In this document: one piece after another, positions 10,701 through 21,469 of the stretch
Layout: every line of letters begins with the position of its first letter
How positions within the stretch are numbered: position 1 is the stretch's first letter
From: Lama glama
Taxonomy: Eukaryota
Length of the DNA stretch: 64,000 nt
Assembly (NCBI GenBank): GCA_028534125.1
Contig: CM052818.1
Span: 38,564,001 to 38,628,000, forward strand
Direction of reading: 5' to 3'
Notes under the pieces: generated by a model
Told to the model about the DNA's origin: nothing
Seen by the model: the letters and a program-made list of their open reading frames with translations, nothing else
Database searches by the model: none
Program-made: the position numbers and the translations under genes

Positions 10701-12985
10701 TCCAGCTCACTCATTACAGGCTTCTAGCCGGCAGAGGTCCAGCCAACCAGCCCTGAGACAGCTTATTCTAACACCTGTGTGAGTCATATAGGATTTTAGG
10801 CTCAACAAGACTTTAGATCACCATAATCTCTCTGAGAGCGAAAATGGATGGTAATCCCCATGTCCCAGAATCCTCACAGTATGCCTGTGAGATTCCAACA
10901 CTGTAACAACCACACACTCTTCCTGGCCTTCCCTCTGCCCTGGGAAGCAAGGTTGGTGATGTGTTTGAGAATCAAGCAATTGGAACTCAGGCTCCAGAAA
11001 GATGGGAGAAGGGTGAGCAGGGCAGCAGGAGAGTGCTTGCCCACCCTAGACCAGGAAACAAACTAAACCAGCACAGCCCTAGCCCTCCCTTTTGTCCCTT
11101 TGCCCCAAGTGAAATCCCAGCCATGAGGATTCAAGAATGTGCCTCACAGGGATCCCAGACCTCAGCTCCTTATTAAACAGTTCCATACTCATTTGGGCAC
11201 AATCAGAAAATTTTTAATCATCTTCCTGAGCATCAATTNNNNNNNNNNNNNNNNNNNNNNNNNNNNNNNNNNNNNNNNNNNNNNNNNNNNNNNNNNNNNN
11301 NNNNNNNNNNNNNNNNNNNNNNNNNNNNNNNNNNNNNNNNNNNNNNNNNNNNNNNNNNNNNNNNNNNNNNNNTATGACTAGCAATCCCCAGTTGAACCTG
11401 GAATCAAATTCTGTTTGAGGGGTAGAGAAGCCAGGCATCCCCTGGTCTAGTCTGTCTCTTTTCAGCTGAAGTCTCTTCCCTAGGCTGCCTCAAGATGCAT
11501 CTGCTTTGGCCTTTACCAGATTCTCTCTCCCACTTTGGTTGGTGATGTCTCACAACCCCCAGGCTCTGAACCAAGAACAAGAGCAAGTGATACATGGAGG
11601 AAGAATTCAGAGCTGCCAATCAAAAGACAGCTCTCTCGTCCACAGTCTACAACAAACTGCCTATGAGCTTCAGGAAGACACTTCCCCTGTCCATTCTACT
11701 CATCCCTCATTTCGCTATTTGCTGCACAAACATTTCTAAATCACTTACTGTGCACTAGTCCAGGATCAGCCTATGCCATGTGTGCCCTGGTCCACAGCAG
11801 ACATTGCTAATTGATGATTGTACACTTTCCCAAAGATCCTTCCTTCAGTGCATGAGGCACCCACTAAAAACCTACTCCTGCTTCAGAGATTCAAATCTGG
11901 GCATGACTAGGTGTCCTCAGTCTGAGCTGGCTGGTCAGCAGAAGAGACAGATCCAGGCACACTTGCCCCAGACGGCAGCAGGAACACAGAGCCCCAAGTT
12001 AGGGGGAACTCAAGATTCCAGAAAGGGTGGGATTTGGGCTTGAGGTTTGGGCTCTGATGTAGGAACTTACCAGTTCAAAGAGGGATAGAAAGAAAATCAG
12101 GATCCTGAGAACTTGAGAGACTGACCCAGAGCAAGTCGAAACCACTAGACGGGCTTTAGTTAGTTCTGACCAGACTTAGCACCAGCAGCTGACTCCTGTC
12201 CACCTGGGGCCCCACTTGACTGATTTTCTTGGCCTTTCAGAGCCCCTGCAGTTCCCCTAGATGCCCCACATTCCATCAGTTAATTGGTTTGTTCCTTCTA
12301 TTCTGTGCATAGCAGATACCACGTGATATTTGCATTATTCCCCAGCCCTCTTTCAAAGGGTATCAATTCCTCCAATGACCGTAAGTGATTCTCAGTTCCT
12401 GCATGTTTCACGGGGCCACTGGAAGGGCGATGCGCCTATCAAAAAGGAAAATGTCTGCATCTTGGGCTGCAACCAAGCCACAACTTAATTTCCTCCTCTG
12501 GCTGTACTTCTTGAGAAGTAAATATAAAAAATGGGGCTGGGGTGACTTTGTCTCAGATAAACAGGCCACACTCTGTAGCTGGACAAACAAGGTGCTTGGC
12601 TGGAAATAAGATGTTCTTTGGCTAGCATCTCCAAAACGTGACAGATTCTTCCTGGATGCTATTTAAAGCATGCAGCGAGCTTTCGAGTTTTCCCTGCCTC
12701 CATGCGCTGCCTACACCAGGCATCAAAAATCAGGCAGAGCACAAACATAGCATCAGTAATGTAGACATTAATGAAGCAAATGCTTTTCAAATACATACCA
12801 GATACCGGTCACCGATAAAAACATTNNNNNNNNNNNNNNNNNNNNNNNNNNNNNNNNNNNNNNNNNNNNNNNNNNNNNNNNNNNNNNNNNNNNNNNNNNN
12901 NNNNNNNNNNNNNNNNNNNNNNNNNNNNNNNNNNNNNNNNNNNNNNNNNNNNNNNNNNNNNNNNNNNNNNNNNNNNNNNNNNNNN

Positions 12986-13065
12986 CAATTGCCTAAAGAC
13001 ACACAGCTAGTAAGTGATACAAGCAAGGATTTGAACAAAAGCCTAACTCCCAAAAGCAGGATCTT
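12986..13065 (-). mobile_element. MIR fragment abutting an N-run
   Basis: TTGCCTAAAGACACACAGCTAGTAAGTG...GGATTTGAAC...CTAACTCC. Confidence 0.8.
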
Positions 13066-14811
13066 GATTGCTAGAGTGTGCTAGCTGAATTGCTTTAAGT
13101 GCTAGCTTGAAGGCTAGAGGCCATGCCTATGGACTCTCTATCCACCTCATGCCCAGAGGGTCCCATCTGATGCTTGTCACCATGACAACAAGCATTTATT
13201 TGGGCCACAGTGATTCTAAGATCCTCAGCAAATCAGAACTCCCTTTTGTCCTCCTTCTAGGAAGTCTGGGGGCCTTGTTCTGCAGGTGGGGCCTCTGGCT
13301 GGCCAGGAGAGCAGAGAGGCTTGAGTGCCAGGGCTCACCCTCAGCAGGATTGCCACGGCTCCGGTAGAGGGACAGGAGTGTTTCTGAGCAGCCTGGAGCA
13401 GGCTGAGGGGAGGCATGCGCTGAGTTACTGCCTCACAGCAGGGAAGGAAATGCAGCGTGAAGGCCAAAATACAGACAATTGATTGCATGCCACTTTTACA
13501 GCCAAAAGCTAGTTTTCCAGGCAAAACAGAAATTCTATACTGAACATATCCCTCTGTCACAACCCAGGATGATGACTTTCAAATACAAATATAAAGTAAT
13601 AACCTGTAGAAATTTGTCATGGACCTTGGTTAATGACTCACGTTCGCCCTCCAAACACACCCATGACCACCGGCAGGCCCTACCAGACTCAGTTTCTTTA
13701 CAGCTTCCTCTATGTCGCAGGGCCCTGGCGAGTGACCCGAGCCAGGGAGGAGATGGGCTGGTGGCGAGGGCGCTCCTGAGCTGGCTACTCAAGAACTTCA
13801 GACCAGTGGAAAGGCCCCACCTGTTCTGCGCTCCTCATCATTATCACCTGAACCAGGTGGTTTCTCAGTGGGTCAGGTGGCTTCTTGATGTGCTGTGGTG
13901 AAGTCTCAGGGAGAAAGAGGGTCTTTTCTCTTCCAGGGTATCAGCTCAGCCCTGAACATGTTTTCGGAGGTAAACTGGACCCTCTGAGCAGGACAAAGCT
14001 CCTCCTGGGTGTCTCGGGAAGGTCATAGGCTGGCTCTTCCCGCTGACGTCCCTGGCTCTCAGGGACAACCCAGGCCCTAGAGCCCACTTCTGGTGACCTT
14101 GGACCCTGTGCTTTCATCCTGGAAAGTCACTGGGGTTTTTAAACCTCTGAGACTCTCCGCCTCCTCTCCTGGGGCCCAGGGGCTCACACACACTCCCTCG
14201 TGGGTATAGAACTTGTCTTGCTGTTGCCTCCAATATGCTTCCTGGACATCTTCCTTGTGGTTACCCTCTTGCCTCTGAGTTGGCCTGGAAACTAGGGTTT
14301 TCCCAACTATTAAGTCAGCTTCTAGCCAAAATGCAGATGACTTCAGTGAGGGGGAGCTCTTTTGGGGAGCTCCCAAAGCCGTGGGCAAGCTGAAATCCTG
14401 AAGGAACAGAAATAAAAGGCCTTGTAGAGGAAGCTCCAGGGAAAGAGCCTGGAGCTGAAAGAAGCAAAGAAGAGAGATGATGTCATTTCAGAGAACGAGA
14501 CACAGACAGTCTGACAAGTACCACTCAGAAGCTCTCCAGGCTCCATGAGGCCTGGCCATACTCTCAGCCCTTCTCTCTGGTTACTGTTTATCCTCCCATG
14601 TTGCTTCAATTCACTTGAGTAGTTTTTGTTTCTTACAATCTAATAATCCTCAACTGAGCCAAAAGCTTAGTGTGAATATTTATCTTTTACGTACTCATGA
14701 TCAGACTCCTCAGCCAAAATGGGCTCAAGTGCCCCGTCTCTCTCCCCTGCTCTGTCTTTTCATCAAGACCAGCCTGAGTTGCTGTAGTTTTCCCAGATCT
14801 TCTCTTTAAAG

Positions 14812-15015
14812 CAGGGTTTCTCAACCTGGTACTGTGGGCCCCTGGGGCTGGATAATTCTTTGCTGTCCTGTGCATTCTAGGATGTTGAGCAGCATCCCTG
14901 GCCTCTATCAGCTTGATGCCATTAGCACCACTGTCCCAGTAATGACAACCAAAAATACTTCCAGACATTGCCGATGTCCCCCGGGGAGCAAAACCACCCT
15001 AGTTGAGAACCACTG
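14812..15015 (-). mobile_element. MER20 (hAT-Charlie MITE)
   Basis: TIRs CAGGGTTTCTCAACC / GTTGAGAACCACTG, internal GCAGCATCCCTGGCCTCTA and CCAGACATTGCC. 8-bp TSD ctttaaag/cttcaaag. Confidence 0.92.
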
Positions 15016-16619
15016 CTTCAAAGGGACACAAGCTCATCATCAACCTGGGTGAGGCTCAGACTCTGAAAGGTGAACAGCTTCATTTCCAGCAGGACACATG
15101 GAGTCATCCCAGGGGGTCCTCTGAATATTCTCTGGAACACCTGTGGTGATAACAGCTCCAAAGGCTCAGAAGCCACACATAAACCTTCAGCTACCAGGGT
15201 CTTCTGGGGAACAGAACTCACACTTCTTGGCCTTCTCCTCAGTCCCGTAATATCCTAGATTTTCCTTGAAAACTGAAATTCGAAAACTCAATCCCAGTGG
15301 CCCCATCAACGTACATGCCATTATATTTTTGATTCAAAAAATGGTTTCTGTACCCACAACACTCTCCACCAATAGGAATGTATGGTGCTGATCAGACTCT
15401 CTTATTTGCAGGTCAGGCCATGTAGCTTCCTGACCTGCAGTCCCCTCCTCGGGGAACAAGTTCTAGAAGCTCATTGTATTTGATTCTACAGGGAGTCACT
15501 AGGCCAACCTCTGCTGCTTCTATTTTTGCAGGAAGGACAAGGGGAAAGGAGAAATGGTGGCCTTCCCATGACAGGACAGATTCCAGAGTTGGGGCTCATG
15601 GCACCCATGGTGGTGATAACTCTACTGATGGTAGGGATAGTGATGGAGGCGGTGGTGGCAGCCGGGAGAGCAGACACACGGGTACCGGTGGAAAGCAAGC
15701 ACTCGGGAAGCACCTGTGTGCAGACCTCCAGGCTTAACTGGGCAGGCAGCAGCAGCCAAACCACTTAGACCAGCCTTTGAGGTTGCTGGTTGTTGCTGGC
15801 ATTGCCTGATTCCCAAGCACTTCCTGGATTAAATCAGGCTTGAAATGAGGAGTCCTCAGCCAAAGCAGCCCCTCAGGAGGAAACATGAACCCTGAAATGC
15901 ATTTTTGGAGAAACGTAAAGCTTCTTGTGTATTCCAATTGAAAGAGAAAATGAGAGTTCCAGGCCGCCCCACAATTTACATGACAGCCGAGGCCTGCATG
16001 AGCTTGGCTAGCAGAGGTGGCATTAGAAGTGGGGCTGTCTGAGGAGGGCTGGACAGGGCTCATCTCTCCCAGGTCCCTGTGTGCATCTTCAGAACTGAGG
16101 GGGCTTCAAAAGCAGGACTGGCCATCGAGGGAGATCCATTTTCAGATTCCTGCGCATGTCCCCGCTGCTGCCCTAAACACTTGACAGCAAGCCAGACGAG
16201 CCACACAGTCAGGTGATGACAACGTCCTGAAACAAGAACATTTTGATCCACATCCCGTTCTTGTTTCTAAACATTTGTCTCTGCTTATAAAGCAAAGAAA
16301 GGATAGCTTGGGTGGCGGGAGAGAGGAGTGGGGTAGGAAACCACTTCTTAAGCAGCCCTGTGTCCATCTTGCCTTAATTCTGAAATCTTTGAGTTCAATG
16401 TTGAGAACATTGAGTGGGGAATGTTTTAAAAGAGTCTGCTTTATAAATTGGTGATGGTATTTGGTCAGGTCAAAAGACAACACCATTCAAATTATACCTA
16501 TGCTGGGAAAAGCTCTTGTCCAGATCTCTACAATGTAACAGCCAAGAGCCATGGACCAGCTTGGAAAGGTTCTCTGCACATCCCTGTACAGTATGTGCGA
16601 TGTAGCTTTGGGTCACGGC

Positions 16620-16975
16620 CTCACCTCCCCACTCCTTCACTTCCCCTCACTCCACACGAGAGCAACGCCAAACTCCACTACCTAGAAGCCCTGCAAAAAC
16701 CCCGTTCTACATCTCGTCTTCGGTCTCTGCTCATGTTGAACTGCTAGTAATCCTTCAAACCCACCTTCAAGGCACTCCTTTTCTGCCCTTTGCCCTCTAG
16801 TCTTCACTAATCTGTGACTCCCGTGCACACATTTTTTGCACTGCACTGTTCACACTTCTCTGTAACGATCTCTTTATACGTTGCTCTCCAGTACCAGACT
16901 TCATGTGGGGAAAACAGAGGCCATGACTTAAACACTGAAGCTGCCAGGCCTGGCACAGACAGTGTCAAATGATTC
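16620..16975 (+). mobile_element. LINE-2 3' end
   Basis: Pyrimidine-rich L2 tail: TCCTTCAAACCCACCTTCAAGGCACTCCTT...CCAGACTTCATGTGGGG...GCCTGGCACAG. Confidence 0.6.
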
Positions 16976-17523
16976 TGTCTTCATCTATGTGATTCGTGTG
17001 TCTTAATCAATTCTATTGAGATTGCCAGGAAAAGAATATGCCACTCAGAATGGCATAGTCGGAAGGGGGCATATTGGAAGATAATGAGGGATCTCATGGC
17101 ATCAAAGGGCAGAGCCTTCACAATTGTCAAGGGAGGGAGTCTGAGATTTCAGAACGAGGTTATGAGAGTTCACTGTTCCTCATATGCAACATCTTCTACC
17201 CGTTCACTGTCTAATACAGTCAGAGCTGCACTCAGGCTAGCCAGACTGGACACACCACTTCAGGAAGGTCAGCATCTCTCCTCCTTCCAGTCCCACGCAT
17301 CTCACCCTGACTTCCTCTTATCCCTCTTGCTAGGATTTCCATTTTGTCCCATTTTTCCTAAGGTTGAGATTATACCCAACCATTCCCAAGAGCAAACCTC
17401 AGATCTTCTTCCCATAGTAGTTAAAATCCCTAATGCAATTATGAGCAAAGTGTCAGGGGTCACCTGACCACATCAGGGTCTAGGGTTCCTAGACCAGGGT
17501 CAACATAATACACTTCAATCCTC

Positions 17524-17539
17524 TAATTAAATTAGGTCA
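17524..17539 (+). promoter_or_regulatory. Overlapping P3 homeodomain palindrome and RORE
   Basis: TAAT-TAA-ATTA (17524-17534) overlaps AAATTAGGTCA (17529-17539; fits WAWNTRGGTCA). Confidence 0.35.
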
Positions 17540-17578
17540 TAATTAGTAAGAAATGTACACATTAAGAATGTCTATGAA

Positions 17579-17752
17579 GGGGGAGGGTGTAGCTCAGTGG
17601 CAGAGTATGTGCTTAGCATGCATGAGGTCCTGGGTTCAATCCCCAGTACCTCCATTTAAAAAATAAGTAAATAAATAAATAAACCTAATTACCTCCCTCC
17701 TTCAAAAAAATAAATAAAATAAATAAAGTAAATAAATCTATTTAAAAAAAGA
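17579..17752 (+). mobile_element. tRNA-Ala-derived SINE, camelid Vic-1 type
   Basis: Head GGGGGAGGGTGTAGCTCAGTGG...GCTTAGCATGCATGAGGTCCTGGGTTCAATCCCCAGTACCTCCA with A box (17590-17600), B box (17633-17642) and AGC anticodon. It continues into an AAAT-rich tract, the AAACCTAATTACCTCCC body and a second A-rich tail. Degenerate TSD aagaatgtctatg (17564-17576) / aggaaagactatg (17753-17765). Confidence 0.9.
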
Positions 17753-18713
17753 AGGAAAGACTATGCTCCTGTGCTATCTGTGGAGAGAGAACATCTCTGC
17801 AGTCACCTGGAGGAGACAGCCTTCCTGGGGAGAGACTCATCTGTAGCAGGCAGTGCTCAGTCACTGGCCCAGGTCTTAATCTAGGGCCTTCTCTACTGAT
17901 TGTTCCAAATGCTCCTTTTCCTCCTATGAGGTCACTATCCACCCACTAAATCCTTGAGTCAAAGAACTACAGAATTTAGGAACAGGTGGATGAGAGAGGA
18001 AATCAGAATTCAGATGAAATGTACTTTATTTCAGGGAACAAATTGCTCTGGGAGGGCTGGCCTCCCTCTTGGGGCCCTTGCTCACTTCTTTCCACCCAGT
18101 CTACCCCCCAGCGGGATCTGACCTGTTCCTGATACAGGAAATGGAGCTTTTCTTAACAACTTCTGATTTTTCCCCCAGAGCAAACCTAGTATTCTGGCTC
18201 TAACCACTGATCTCAGGATACAGAGGCTGATAATGGGAAGTGACCCATCTTGCCCAGTCCACTGACTGCCCTGGTTAACAACTGTCAAATATTTGAACTG
18301 AAAGATATTTTGGGTATTCTCATAAAAACATGGGCAGCCCACTCCAAGAAAGGAAAAAGAATTCATGGCCACAAGGAAAAAGTCTTTGGTATAGTTGGTG
18401 ACTGTCACCACAGCAGTCAGCTCAGCATGCTGTGTCCTCTCAGGGCCTCCAGGCCCCTCACTCAGCCCCACTGGGTTCAGCCTGCTGAAGCACTAACATT
18501 AAACTCTTCATCTGCCATGACTCCCCAGGGGTGACCCATGACTGTTCACAGGAAGGAGCCAGCTCAGAGACTGCTACCACCTCTTACAGATACCTCAGAG
18601 TGAGCTATGGGTCCAGGTTGTGATAAGCAATAGATCTGTTGAGACCAAACGACTCCGCACCCAGGCCTGTCTTGGGTACTGCAGGGCGCAAGGAATGAGA
18701 ACCATTGTCAATG

Positions 18714-18800
18714 TCACCGTCACCATCACCACCATCATCTACCATCATCATCACCACCATCATCACTACCACCACCACCATCATCATCACCATCATCACT
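18714..18800. repeat. Imperfect (CAC/CAT)n trinucleotide repeat
   Basis: About 29 CAY-type triplets; source of the poly-His, poly-Thr/Ile and poly-Met/Val ORFs. Confidence 0.95.
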
Positions 18801-18849
18801 CCTACAAAACTTAACATAGCGATCACTACATACAAGACATGTCCTTTAA

Positions 18850-18990
18850 GCTCATGGCAACTCTACAGGACAGATATTATCAATATCCCCATTTCACAGA
18901 CAAGGATGTTGAGACATGAAAAGATTACTAGCAGGGTCACCAGTTTCTAAGCAGTGAAGCTGGAATTCAACTCTAAGCATCTGGCATTTG
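18850..18990 (-). mobile_element. MIR SINE
   Basis: TATCCCCATTTCACAGACAAGG...GCTGGAATTCAACTC. Confidence 0.75.
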
Positions 18991-20449
18991 TATCTGTAGT
19001 CTTCACCCCCCTCTGAAACTGCTTCTCATGAAAAAAGATGTACCTCCTGGACCTCCTGCCCTTGGAATGAATGGACAGTTGAGACCATACACAAGGAACA
19101 AGATGAGAACAAGGCAGCAGGTGCTCGAAGGATTAAGCGAAAGCGGGGTTGCAGAGTGTGAGGACTACAGTGGGCAGAAAGGCAGCTGGCGCAGGAGATA
19201 GCCTCCCCAGCTTCCAGTCACAGCATGGTACAGCATGCTTCCACTGGGTCAGGTCCTGGGGACATCATGATTTCTCTCGGCCACCTCTGGATTGTGCCTT
19301 GTTCATTCTGAGCTTGTGGGGTTGGGAAGAACTAAATCACCCTCCTAGAGCCACAGAGCAAGTTCAAGCCTGATTAGAGTTCAGTGCTGGGTAGGAGCGA
19401 GGTGGGCAGGCAGAGGGAAGGGGTTTAGGCTGGCATTCTTGGGACCCCTCATGAGGCTATACTGTGGCCCCATGACGGGGAACCCAACTGACCTCTTCAC
19501 TTCCCAGTACAACTGTCACTCCCTTGCTTGCGCAGATATTTCCAAAGGGTCTAAGCCCAGTCCTTTCTAAGGAAAGAAATCTGGTGTCCTTCAAGCTGAG
19601 CCCCATTTCTCTGGATCTTAAAGTGATCCTGAAAAGTTAGTCTTATATTCATAAGCAGCTCTGAGCCAACAGAACCTGGGGTAGGAGTTGCCAAGGTAAC
19701 TGCCACACCAGGTAAAACAGTGGCAAAAGGTCTTCAGTGCCACATAAAAGAGACTGTGAACTTTTAAGGGTCAAGTTAGTTAGTCTTTGAGAGATAAGAC
19801 TGTGATTAGCATGCTAAATGGAGCTATATTTTCTTTACTGCTTTATATTTACCAGACTCTGGGCTGAAGACTTAGACACAAAAATCCCATTTAATCCTCA
19901 CAATAACAGAGCAAATTGGTTCTAACTCAAATAAATTCTGGTTTTCTGGCTCTGTTCTTGAATGGGTGGTCTCAGCATGATGTCACATTCAAAGGAACCA
20001 CTGTGGAGCCATCAACGTGATGGGAGAACAGACTCAGTCAGAACTGCCATCCCTCAAGGAAGCATCAAAGTGGCATCACCATCCTGGCAACAGAGAACCT
20101 TCTTACAGATCGTCTTTCCCTCATTCCCTCTCTCACCACCTTTTTTCACGTGCTTGACGGATGTCTCCAAATCTCTCGTCCCTCATCCGTAACGGGCAAG
20201 AAAACGATGGCTCCCAACTGAGCCTGTCCAGGCTGCATCTCCCGCTCCCCTTCCTGCTTCTGGCCCTGTCCCAGTTTCTCAGTGGTGCCTCACCATCTGC
20301 AGTGGGCGTCCTAGAAGCCTCCATGTTTTGCCCTCACCCACACCGCCCGATCTGGGTGATACAGACCCCGTAGCTTTCAGGCAAGGACAGCAGGTGCTTG
20401 TTAGCCAGCAAGGGGGGAGCAGGAGGGAGGTGAAGACTGAGATTTGGGT

Positions 20450-20570
20450 ACTTTTTGGACCATCATAAATGAATTATCTGCCACAGTTTACAGGTCAAAA
20501 AACTGAGGATGCGAAGAATTGAGTCACTTTTCCAAAACAAACTGCTAAAGGGATTTGAACCCAGGTCATT
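20450..20570 (-). mobile_element. MIR SINE
   Basis: TTTACAGGTCAAAAAACTGAGG...GGGATTTGAACCCAGGTC. Confidence 0.7.
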
Positions 20571-21469
20571 TGCAAATAAGTGATGAAATGCTATTAATGG
20601 CTGCCGCCTAGTCAAATGCTACTAGTTCATGTGGCCAACACTAGATTTGTGACATGAGTGTGCTCTTCCCACCACTTTCCTGGGTTGAGACACGAGATAT
20701 CCTTTCCCATTTTGGATCTTGTGACCTCAGGGGTGTCATAAGCCCGGATACACATCTGATGCATACATGCAGATCTGTGCACACACACTCACCATGATAC
20801 ACACTCAGGCACAAAAAGCATCCTCCCACCAACTTGCCTACTGTGTCGGTAAAATCTCAGTTGCTTCTCCTCTGACAAAAGAGTCTAGTATTTGAACAGG
20901 CTCCTGAGAATTCAGTACTTCTGCATTTAGCCTTCTCTGCTACTGTGCAAGGGGGTGCGTTCTTTTCACCAATGTAGACATAACCTTAGGCAATGCTGGA
21001 TAAAGCTTCAGGTAAAGCCTTAGATTTGTGCTGCAGAGAGGGGAGCAGCTGAAAAAGGTTCAGTTACCAGGACCAGTGCAAACAGGCCAACCAGCTGGGG
21101 CCCATCCTGTTATCCACTGGGGGAGAAGAAGGGAGGGTGGGATTTGCCTCCTGGAAGAAGTGGAGTTTTTTTAATAATAAACTGAATACTTTATTTATGT
21201 TTGTAAGAGTAATATTTTGAAAAATAATGAGTACACTTTTTATCTGCATTCCCCCTAAATATGACCTATTCCTTAACCAGCTACGGTGTATACTGGTTGG
21301 ATGGAGTGGTGTGGTGGTAGCTGGCATTGTTATAGCAGGAATGCATAGAGAAAGAGTTAATATTCAGCTCATATTATTGAAATACGATTTCACAGTAAGA
21401 CAATAGGCCTGAAAGCGAGGCACTGACAAGAGAGAAAGGGTGTGCTAAATCTCTTTAAGTTCTATTCAA

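Noticed and set aside
13789-14079. Selenoprotein-like reading of six in-frame TGA codons
   Set aside because: An in-frame TAG precedes them, no SECIS was recognised and there is no similarity to known selenoproteins.
13937-15630. Plus-strand exon candidates (13937-13969, 15532-15630)
   Set aside because: Good acceptors but weaker donors and no coherent chain; noted as a measure of pseudo-exon background.
17582-17654. tRNA-Ala(AGC) gene
   Set aside because: It is followed by a SINE body and A-rich tail with TSDs, and has CpG-decay substitutions in the stems; it is a SINE head.
18605-18950. Poly-His, poly-Thr/Ile and poly-Met/Val ORFs
   Set aside because: All are reading frames of the CAY microsatellite.
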